64,000 nucleotides of DNA, from assembly GCA_034439955.1 (NCBI GenBank), contig JAWXBJ010000090.1:20881-84880 (forward strand), given 5' to 3'. The translations under genes and the position numbers were made by a program. The notes beneath the pieces were generated by a model, which was given only the letters and a program-made list of their open reading frames with translations, made no database searches and was not told where the DNA came from. The DNA is from Alphaproteobacteria bacterium. GTDB lineage: Bacteria; Pseudomonadota; Alphaproteobacteria; Caulobacterales; Hyphomonadaceae. Position 1 is the first letter of the stretch, and each line of letters opens with the position of its first letter. This document shows, piece after piece, positions 57,272 to 64,000 of this stretch.

Positions 57272-58492
57272 ATGAAGCATCTGGCAGCTTTCGAGGATGT
57301 GATCCAGGACATCCGTTCCGAGGGTCGCTATCGCGTCTTCATCGATCTCAAGCGTCATCGGGGCAGGTTTCCGCTTGCGTCGGTCCGCCATGAAGACGGG
57401 CGCGAGCAGGACGTCACGGTGTGGTGCTCCAACGACTACCTGGGAATGGGGCAGGATCCGGACGTCATCCAGTCCATGCATGAGGCTGTAGACGCTTTCG
57501 GCGCAGGATCCGGCGGCACCCGTAACATATCCGGTACGACGCGCTATCACGTCGATCTCGAGCGCGAATTGGCCAGCCTGCATGGCAAGGAAGCGGCGCT
57601 GCTGTTCACCTCAGGCTATGTCTCGAACGATGCGACCCTGTCGACGCTGGCCAAGATCATGCCCAACGTCATCATCTATTCCGACGAACTCAACCACGCC
57701 TCGATGATCGAGGGGATCAAGCGCGCCAACTGCGCCAAACGGATTTTCCGCCACAACGATGTGGGGCATCTGCGCGCCCTGATCGGGAACGATCCGGCGG
57801 AATCCCCCAAGGTCATCGCCTTCGAGTCCGTCTATTCGATGGATGGCGACGTCGCCCCTCTGGCCGCGCTTTGCGACATCGCCGACGAGTTCGACGCGAT
57901 CACCTATCTCGACGAGGTCCATGCCGTGGGGATGTACGGCCATGAAGGCGCCGGTGTCGCCCAGCGCGATGGGGTGATGGACCGCATCACGATCTGCGAG
58001 GGCACGCTGGCGAAAGGGTTTGGCGTGATGGGGGGCTATATCGCCTCCCGGACCGTCGTCATCGACGCCATCCGGTCGATGGCCCCGGGGTTCATCTTCT
58101 CGACGTCGACATGTCCCGTACTCGCGGCAGGCGCCCTTACATCCATCCGCAAGCTCCGCGGTCCTGCGGGTGTGGATCTGCGCACACAGCATCAGGCCAA
58201 GGCGGAAATGCTGCGGCAGAAGCTGGTGGCCGCCCGGCTGCCGGTCATGATCACCGACACGCACATCGTTCCGTTGCTGGTGGGCGATGCGGAGCGCTGC
58301 AAGGCGCTGTCGGACACGCTCCTGTTCGATTTCGGCGTCTATGTGCAGCCGATCAACTATCCGACCGTCCCCAAGGGGACCGAAAGGCTGCGGTTCACGC
58401 CCTCGCCGCATCATACCGAGGCGATGATGGATGATCTGGTCGCGGCGCTGCTCGCAATCTGGGCGCAGCTTGGCCTCAAGCGCGCCGCCTGA
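57272..58492 (+). CDS. hemA: 5-aminolevulinate synthase (ALAS)
   Basis: 406 aa from ATG 57272. [23 protein letters not shown] aligns residue for residue with the N-terminus of Rhodobacter ALAS as I recall it. The PLP region is [10 protein letters not shown]. Longer starts at 57206 (TTG) and 57248 are possible. Confidence 0.95.
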   Translation: MKHLAAFEDVIQDIRSEGRYRVFIDLKRHRGRFPLASVRHEDGREQDVTVWCSNDYLGMGQDPDVIQSMHEAVDAFGAGSGGTRNISGTTRYHVDLERELASLHGKEAALLFTSGYVSNDATLSTLAKIMPNVIIYSDELNHASMIEGIKRANCAKRIFRHNDVGHLRALIGNDPAESPKVIAFESVYSMDGDVAPLAALCDIADEFDAITYLDEVHAVGMYGHEGAGVAQRDGVMDRITICEGTLAKGFGVMGGYIASRTVVIDAIRSMAPGFIFSTSTCPVLAAGALTSIRKLRGPAGVDLRTQHQAKAEMLRQKLVAARLPVMITDTHIVPLLVGDAERCKALSDTLLFDFGVYVQPINYPTVPKGTERLRFTPSPHHTEAMMDDLVAALLAIWAQLGLKRAA

Positions 58493-58507
58493 TCCGGTCG
58501 GAGAGCC

Positions 58508-58750
58508 ATGCCAGACGATCCGGACCACGAGATCTTGCTGGAGTACAACCGTATCGGCCCGGTGATGGAAGTTCGCGCGGTGTCGGGAACGGATGGGTTG
58601 GAAATCAGATTTGCTGTACCGGCCCGTACCGCGAGGGCTGATGTGGAGCAACTGGCCCGGAACAAGCTCTCCTATGCTCGCGGCAGGAGCGATAATCTGG
58701 CGCCCTCGCCAACCTCCAGGGCCGGCCCGCGCGGCGGAATTCTTGTTTGA
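58508..58750 (+). CDS. Small hypothetical protein coupled to hemA
   Basis: 80 aa: EILLEYNRIGPVMEVRAVSGTDGLEIRFAVPARTARADVEQLARNKLSYARGR. A GGAGAG SD precedes the ATG, which lies 15 nt after the hemA stop. It resembles a small conserved ORF family that I recall downstream of hemA in Rhizobiales (unverified). Confidence 0.5.
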   Translation: MPDDPDHEILLEYNRIGPVMEVRAVSGTDGLEIRFAVPARTARADVEQLARNKLSYARGRSDNLAPSPTSRAGPRGGILV

Positions 58751-58902
58751 GGATGATTGTCCAATTCGCCAGACCCTACAGGGACCCAGGCCCTACAAGG
58801 GGGCCAGACCCCAAAATGGACGGGGTGCTGAGTGAGCCGCGCGCGATTGTGGTCGTGGCTATCGAATCCCTCAGGCGCTGACTGAACGAATGCCGGTCGG
58901 CG

Positions 58903-59334
58903 TCACGGCGTTTTCCGCACGCCTCGACCAAGCCCGATTTTTTTCGCGAACTCTGACCGTCGCTCCGTATAGCTCGGCGCGACCATCGGATAGTCAGGCG
59001 CAAGGCCCCAGCGCCGACGATACTCATCAGGCGACATGTCGTAGCGCGAGTGCAGGTATCGCTTGAGCATCTTGAGCTTCTTGCCGTCTTCGAGGCAAAT
59101 AATATAATCGTTGGTGATCGATTTTCCGATGTTAACCGCAGGCTTTGGCTTGTCCTCGACCTTCAGTTCACGCGCCTTCGACAAGCTCGCGACTGTTTTA
59201 TGAACCGAGCGAATGACGTCAGGCAGACCCTCAGTTGTAACTGGATTGTTCGATACAAACGACGAGACAATCTCAGAAGTTATACGGAGGATTTCGTCAT
59301 TCGATAGTTCAAACAAGTCTGATGATTCATTCAT
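58903..59334 (-). CDS. MucR/Ros-family transcriptional regulator (non-canonical zinc-finger positions)
   Basis: 143 aa from the ATG at 59334. The C-terminal domain is IICLEDGKKLKMLKRYLHSRYDMSPDEYRRRWGLAPDYPMVAPSYTERRSEFAKKIGLG, which matches the Ros/MucR fold motif DYPMVAP. The gene is lower in GC than its surroundings. Confidence 0.88.
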   Translation of the reverse strand: MNESSDLFELSNDEILRITSEIVSSFVSNNPVTTEGLPDVIRSVHKTVASLSKARELKVEDKPKPAVNIGKSITNDYIICLEDGKKLKMLKRYLHSRYDMSPDEYRRRWGLAPDYPMVAPSYTERRSEFAKKIGLGRGVRKTP

Positions 59335-59479
59335 CGCATCTACCCAGCCCGCCCCATCGACCAGAGATAGAGGCTTAATTAGACGAAAAATCAACCACTT
59401 TACCAAGCGCGTCTACGTAACTTGGAAGATATACTGATTCTGGCTCAAATATGCGTCAAAACGCCCTGCAATGACCGAG

Positions 59480-59508
59480 CTTGCCAACCTTGCATGAAGG
59501 CCCTATCG
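59480..59508 (+). promoter_or_regulatory. Candidate glyA promoter
   Basis: CTTGCC (59480-59485), N17, CTATCG (59503-59508). Confidence 0.4.
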
Positions 59509-59542
59509 CCGACCTGATCACCCGAAACGCTCGGAGGGGGCC

Positions 59543-60853
59543 ATGGGCCATTCGAATCCGCAGGCCGGATCCCAGCAACGCTCCTTTTTTTCGACCAGCC
59601 TCAACGAGGCGGATCCCGCCGTCGGCGAAGCGATTTCGTTCGAACTTGGCAGACAGGTTCAACAGATAGAGCTGATCGCTTCGGAGAACATCGTCTCACG
59701 CGCCGTAATGGAGGCGCAGGGCTCGGTTTTGACGAACAAGTATGCCGAGGGCTATCCCGGAAAGCGCTATTATGGCGGCTGCGAGTTCTTCGACGAGATC
59801 GAGAATCTGGCAATCGCCCGCGCCAGGAAGCTGTTTTCTGCAGGTTTTGCGAACGTCCAGCCCAATTCGGGCAGCCAGGCCAACCAGGCTGTCTTTCAGG
59901 CGCTGCTGAAACCCGGTGATGCAATTCTGGGCATGAGCCTCGACGCCGGCGGGCATCTTACCCACGGAGCGTCGCCCAACCAGTCCGGCAAGTGGTTCGC
60001 AGCTCACCAGTACGGTGTCCGGCGGCAGGATGGACGCATAGACCTCGACGAGGTCGAAAGGCTGGCTTTGGAGGTGAGACCAAAGCTGATCATCGCGGGC
60101 GGGTCGGCCTATTCTCGGGTGATCGACTTTGCGGCGTTCCGTGCGATCGCCGACAAGGTTGGCGCGATCTTCATGGTCGATATGGCGCACTTCGCCGGCC
60201 TCGTCGCGGCTGGTCTTCATCCAAATCCGCTGGCCGATGCGCATGTTGTCACCACGACGACCCACAAGACCCTTCGCGGCCCGCGCGGGGGGATGGTTCT
60301 GACGAACGACGAGAAGGTTGCGAAGAAAATCAACTCAGCCGTCTTTCCGGGGATCCAGGGCGGACCTCTGATGCATGTGATCGCCGGCAAGGCCGTCGCG
60401 TTCGGCGAGGCGCTGCGTCCGGAATTCAGACTCTACGCGCAACGTGTCATCGACAATGCGCGCATGCTTGCCCAGACCCTCGAAACCGGCGGCGTCGATA
60501 TCGTGTCGGGCGGCACCGACACCCATCTCGCCCTCGTCGATCTCCGGCCCAAGGGCGTCAAGGGTAATGCGGCCGAGAAGGCGCTGGAGCGCGCCTTCAT
60601 CACCTGCAACAAGAATGGCGTGCCGTTCGATCCCGAAAATCCCACTGTTACGTCCGGCGTCCGCGTCGGCTCTCCCGCCGCCACGACGCGTGGATTTGGG
60701 GAGACGGAGTTCCGCCAGGTGGGGCTGTGGATGGTTGAGATCATCGACGCGCTGGCGGCAGGGGGCGACACTTCCGCCGTCGAATTCAAGGTCCGCGAGG
60801 AGGTCACGGCCCTGACCGCTCGTTTCCCGATTTACGGCGCCGCCTGGAGCTGA
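59543..60853 (+). CDS. glyA: Serine hydroxymethyltransferase
   Basis: 436 aa with [39 protein letters not shown] and the PLP-lysine region [16 protein letters not shown]. Confidence 0.98.
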   Translation: MGHSNPQAGSQQRSFFSTSLNEADPAVGEAISFELGRQVQQIELIASENIVSRAVMEAQGSVLTNKYAEGYPGKRYYGGCEFFDEIENLAIARARKLFSAGFANVQPNSGSQANQAVFQALLKPGDAILGMSLDAGGHLTHGASPNQSGKWFAAHQYGVRRQDGRIDLDEVERLALEVRPKLIIAGGSAYSRVIDFAAFRAIADKVGAIFMVDMAHFAGLVAAGLHPNPLADAHVVTTTTHKTLRGPRGGMVLTNDEKVAKKINSAVFPGIQGGPLMHVIAGKAVAFGEALRPEFRLYAQRVIDNARMLAQTLETGGVDIVSGGTDTHLALVDLRPKGVKGNAAEKALERAFITCNKNGVPFDPENPTVTSGVRVGSPAATTRGFGETEFRQVGLWMVEIIDALAAGGDTSAVEFKVREEVTALTARFPIYGAAWS

Positions 60854-60857
60854 ACCT

Positions 60858-61340
60858 TTGCGGTGCCCGTTTTGCGGCTTTGCGGACTCGGTCGTCAAGG
60901 ACAGCCGGCCCGCCGAGGAAGACACGGCCGTGCGCCGCCGCCGGGGCTGCCTGAAATGCGACGGGCGATTCACGACCTTTGAGCGTGTCCAGCTCCGCGA
61001 GCTGATGGTGGTGAAACGCGACGGCCGGCGCAACGTGTTCGAGCGCGAGAAGCTCCGGCGCTCTCTCACCATCGCTCTGCAGAAGCGTCCCGTGACCGAG
61101 GAACAGCTCGACCAGATGATTTCTGGCATTGTGCGCCGCCTCGAGAACATGGGCGAGCCCGAAGTGCCGACGTCGGCCATTGGCGAGATGGTGATGACAA
61201 GCCTGGGCGGCCTCGATCCTGTCGCCTATGTGCGTTACGCCTCGGTCTACAAGGACTTCAAATCGCCCTCCGATTTCGCTCGCTTCATCGAGGATGCTCT
61301 GGCGCGGCGCGAGATGGACGACGGCGAGCGCCAGAAATGA
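60858..61340 (+). CDS. nrdR: Transcriptional repressor NrdR (TTG start)
   Basis: 160 aa with the zinc ribbon (M)RCPFCG...[12 protein letters not shown] and an ATP-cone. Confidence 0.93.
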   Translation: MRCPFCGFADSVVKDSRPAEEDTAVRRRRGCLKCDGRFTTFERVQLRELMVVKRDGRRNVFEREKLRRSLTIALQKRPVTEEQLDQMISGIVRRLENMGEPEVPTSAIGEMVMTSLGGLDPVAYVRYASVYKDFKSPSDFARFIEDALARREMDDGERQK

Positions 61341-62029
61341 CGGCCGGCACGGTGATCGTCGGGTCGCGCCCATCCGTCACGCTGAAGATCGCGACGTCGC
61401 TGGATGGGCGTATCGCGACGGCTTCCGGAGAAAGCAAGTGGATCACCGGGCCCGAAGCGCGCTTCGAAGCGCATCGACTGCGCGCCGCCCATGACGCTGT
61501 CATCGTCGGCTCGGAAACCGTGCTTACCGACGATCCCGAACTGACGGCGCGGCTTGATCCGGCGCCCGACCGCCAGCCGCTTCGCATCGTCGCCGACAGC
61601 CGGGGCCGCGTGCCGGCGAGCGCCAGGCTCTTCGCCACCCTGGAGATTGGGCCGGTCGCCATCGCGACTCTGGAGACAACCGACCTTGATGTGCGCTGGC
61701 CGTCCGCGCGCGGGCTGCAGTTCTGGATGTTGCCGCCGGACCCGGTCAGCGGCAGCGTCTCCCTCCCTGATTTGCTTGACTCGGCCACGCGTGCCGGCGT
61801 GACGTCCCTCATGGTCGAGGGCGGCGGCAGGCTTTCCGCGTCCTTCGTGCGCGCCGGGCTGGTGGACCGCATCGAATGGTTCCGTGCGCCGATCCTGCTG
61901 GGCGGGGACGGGCGAGAGTGTATCGCCGGGCTGGGCTTGGAGAATCTCGTCGCGGCGCCCACCTTCGCGCGAAGCGGAGTGCGGCCCGTTGGGCAGGACC
62001 TTTGGGAAAGCTATGAGCGGAAAACCTGA
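61337..62029 (+). CDS. ribD: 5-amino-6-(5-phosphoribosylamino)uracil reductase (RibD C-terminal domain only; no deaminase domain)
   Basis: 230 aa that begins only ~10 aa before the reductase signature [28 protein letters not shown]. It has no HAE/PCxxC deaminase motifs. The ATG overlaps the nrdR TGA. Confidence 0.85.
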   Translation: MTAGTVIVGSRPSVTLKIATSLDGRIATASGESKWITGPEARFEAHRLRAAHDAVIVGSETVLTDDPELTARLDPAPDRQPLRIVADSRGRVPASARLFATLEIGPVAIATLETTDLDVRWPSARGLQFWMLPPDPVSGSVSLPDLLDSATRAGVTSLMVEGGGRLSASFVRAGLVDRIEWFRAPILLGGDGRECIAGLGLENLVAAPTFARSGVRPVGQDLWESYERKT

Positions 62030-62032
62030 GCC

Positions 62033-62653
62033 ATGTTCACCGGTCTCGTAACCGACATTGGCCGCATCGCCTCCATCGAGGATCGCGTTGGCCTTCGCCG
62101 TCTCACGGTCGCATCGCGCTATCCGGTGACGTCCCTGCAGCCCGGCGCTTCCGTCATGCACTCAGGCGTCTGCCTCACGCTTGTGGAGTTCGGCCCCGAC
62201 GATGAAGGATCGTGGTGGACGGTCGAGGCCATACCCGAGACGTTGTCGCGCACGACGCTTGGCCGATTGGTCGCCGGGTCGCCGGTAAACCTGGAACTGT
62301 CGCTCAGGCTCGGAGACGAACTCGGCGGCCATCTCGTGTCGGGCCATATTGACGGAATGGGCGAAATCCTCGCCGTTGCCCAGGAAGGCGAGAGCTGGCG
62401 GATGCGAATCGGCATGGCGCCCGGGCTGGCGGGATTCATTGCCGAGAAAGGCTCCATCGCTGTCGATGGTGTTTCCCTGACCGTCGCGGCTGTCGGACGC
62501 GACGCCGGCGCCGACTGGTTTGATATCACCGTCATCCCGCATACGCTGAAGGTGACCACGCTGGGCGATGCGAAAGCCGGCGGCTGGGTCAATCTGGAAG
62601 TGGACATGCTCGCGCGGTATGTGGCGCGCACGCTTGAGGTGCAAGGCCGATGA
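62033..62653 (+). CDS. ribE: Riboflavin synthase (alpha chain)
   Basis: 206 aa: MFTGLVTDIGRI... with two lumazine-binding repeats (GASVMHSGVCLTLV and GSIAVDGVSLTV). Confidence 0.95.
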   Translation: MFTGLVTDIGRIASIEDRVGLRRLTVASRYPVTSLQPGASVMHSGVCLTLVEFGPDDEGSWWTVEAIPETLSRTTLGRLVAGSPVNLELSLRLGDELGGHLVSGHIDGMGEILAVAQEGESWRMRIGMAPGLAGFIAEKGSIAVDGVSLTVAAVGRDAGADWFDITVIPHTLKVTTLGDAKAGGWVNLEVDMLARYVARTLEVQGR

Positions 62654-62666
62654 GAGACGCTTCGCA

Positions 62667-63818
62667 ATGAGAGACGCTCCGATGACGCACGATTTCAGCG
62701 CGGCGATTTCTCCCATCGAGGAAATCGTCGAGGAGGCGCGCAATGGCCGGATGTACATTCTCGTCGATGCCGAGGCCCGCGAGAACGAGGGCGATCTGAT
62801 CATTCCATCGCAATTCGCGACGCCGGCGCAGGTCAATTTCATGGCCAAGCATGGCCGGGGCCTGATCTGTCTCGCCCTGACGCGCGACCGCGCCGGCACG
62901 CTTGAACTCGACATGATGGCGCGCGAGAACCGGGAAAGCATGAAGACGGCGTTCACGGTCTCGATTGAGGCAAGGGAAGGCGTTACCACCGGCATATCGG
63001 CCCACGACCGGGCTCACACCATCGCGGTCGCCGTCGATCCCACCAAGGGCGCGAACGACATCGTCTCGCCCGGACACATTTTTCCACTGGTGGCGCGCGA
63101 GGGTGGCGTGCTGGTGCGCGCGGGCCATACCGAAGCCAGCGTGGACATATCGCGCCTGGCCGGCCTCGCCCCGTCCGCCGTGATCTGCGAGATCATGAAC
63201 GACGACGGCTCGATGGCGCGACTGCCGGAGCTTGTAAGCTTCGCCCAGCTCCACGGCATGAAGATCGGCACCATCGCGGACCTGATCTCCTGGCGCCGGC
63301 GTCATGACCGCTTCCTTGAACGCCGCATAGAGGCGGATTTCGACAGCGCCTATGGTGGAAAGTTCCGTGTTGTCGTCTTCCGCAACACGCTCGACGGAGC
63401 GGAACACGTTGCCGTCGTGAAGGGGCGGATTACCGGCGAGACGCCCACGCTGGTGCGGGTTCACCGGGTCGATTTTCTCGCCGATTTCCTCGGCGAGGCA
63501 GGTGAGCGCGAGGGGCTGGTCAAGCGCGCCATGACCCGGCTGGCCGCGAGCGGTATTCCCGGCGTCGCGATTTTCGTCCGCATGGGGATGGGCGAGGACA
63601 TCGCCCGTTCCCTCGGGGACGTCCAGGCCGCCAAGGCCGCCCATGTCGAGGGCGCCCATCCGCTGCGGGAATATGGCGTCGGGGCGCAGATCCTGAAGGA
63701 TCTCGGAGTCCGCCGCATGATCCTGATGAGCAATACGCGCCCCAACCAGCTTCCCGGCCTTGACGGATACGGGCTGACGGTCGAGGGCTGGCGCAGGATC
63801 GATGCAGACGAGGATTAG
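62667..63818 (+). CDS. ribB: 3,4-dihydroxy-2-butanone-4-phosphate synthase fused to a degenerate GTP cyclohydrolase II-like domain
   Basis: 383 aa with an intact DHBPS half (ARENEGDLIIPSQFAT, GHTEASVD). The C-terminal half aligns with GCH II but reads VRVHRVDFLADFLGEAGE where VRVHSECLTGD...RCDCG is expected. An alternative start is at 62682. Confidence 0.88.
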   Translation: MRDAPMTHDFSAAISPIEEIVEEARNGRMYILVDAEARENEGDLIIPSQFATPAQVNFMAKHGRGLICLALTRDRAGTLELDMMARENRESMKTAFTVSIEAREGVTTGISAHDRAHTIAVAVDPTKGANDIVSPGHIFPLVAREGGVLVRAGHTEASVDISRLAGLAPSAVICEIMNDDGSMARLPELVSFAQLHGMKIGTIADLISWRRRHDRFLERRIEADFDSAYGGKFRVVVFRNTLDGAEHVAVVKGRITGETPTLVRVHRVDFLADFLGEAGEREGLVKRAMTRLAASGIPGVAIFVRMGMGEDIARSLGDVQAAKAAHVEGAHPLREYGVGAQILKDLGVRRMILMSNTRPNQLPGLDGYGLTVEGWRRIDADED

Positions 63819-64000
63819 ATGTCCGCACCCAGAAGCGATGCCGCGAGCGTCCTCATCGTCACGTCGCGCTACTATGCCGACATCGCAGCGGAACTCGAAG
63901 CCGGAGTGACCAACGCCCTCGACGCCGCCGGCGTCGGGCATGAATTCCTGGTGGTGCCGGGCGCCTTCGAAATCCCCGGCGCGATCGCGCTGGCGTCCCA
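63819..64000 (+). CDS. ribH: 6,7-dimethyl-8-ribityllumazine synthase, N-terminal fragment (runs off the window)
   Basis: MSAPRSDAASVLIVTSRYYADIAAELEAGVTNALDAAGVGHEFLVVPGAFEIPGAIALAS. The GAFE(I/L)P motif is diagnostic. The ATG immediately follows the ribBA TAG. Confidence 0.85.
   Translation, partial: MSAPRSDAASVLIVTSRYYADIAAELEAGVTNALDAAGVGHEFLVVPGAFEIPGAIALAS

Noticed and set aside
58770-58810. Imperfect direct repeats, CAGACCCTACAGGG / GGCCCTACAAGGG / CCAGACCCC, between the hemA-linked ORF and the 3' end of mucR.
   Set aside because: They are short and imperfect, and they sit in a 3'/3' intergenic region with no obvious promoter. The evidence is too weak to call a binding-site array.

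Overview
This is a GC-rich chromosomal segment from an alphaproteobacterium, probably Hyphomicrobiales/Rhizobiales-like. The lineage call rests on ALAS-type hemA, a MucR/Ros regulator, an ATP12 chaperone, and the absence of rpsD and rpmJ from the r-protein cluster.

The first ~35 kb is the conserved translation/transcription core, all on the + strand:
- M23 peptidase 3' end, yajC, secD
- secE-nusG-rplKAJL-rpoBC
- rpsL-rpsG-fusA-tuf
- the S10/spc/alpha operons, rpsJ through rplQ, including secY and adk

The remaining ~29 kb is mixed housekeeping:
- degP-like protease and rarA
- a ParE/RelE-type toxin-antitoxin pair
- rluA-like, crcB and rluC-like genes, then ATP12
- two exported hypotheticals, an APH-like phosphotransferase, purD, xseA, an M28 lipoprotein peptidase
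- a GNAT plus RimK-like ATP-grasp operon
- hemB, a second GNAT, two valine-catabolism genes, a MarR regulator
- hemA, a MucR/Ros homologue, and glyA-nrdR-ribD'-ribE-ribBA-ribH

I saw no rRNA, tRNA, CRISPR array, transposase or integrase.

The most interesting items are:
1. A translationally coupled GNAT + RLAN/RimK-type ATP-grasp pair, convergent with and overlapping an M28 peptidase. This is a candidate uncharacterised peptide-ligation or protein-modification system.
2. A ~1 kb accessory islet inside the normally compact nusG-rplK spacer. It holds a small membrane protein, a divergent orphan ORF and a frameshifted PIN-like (DUF5615-type) remnant.
3. A perfect 17-bp palindrome with an Irr/ICE-like core, plus a duplicated 10-mer, upstream of hemA.
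4. A MucR/Ros homologue that keeps only one of the four canonical zinc ligands.
5. A rib cluster that lacks the deaminase domain and the GTP-cyclohydrolase II catalytic motifs.
6. yajC-secD joined directly to secE, with no secF and no tRNA-Trp.

All functional calls come from reading the translated ORFs against remembered family signatures. No database search was run.
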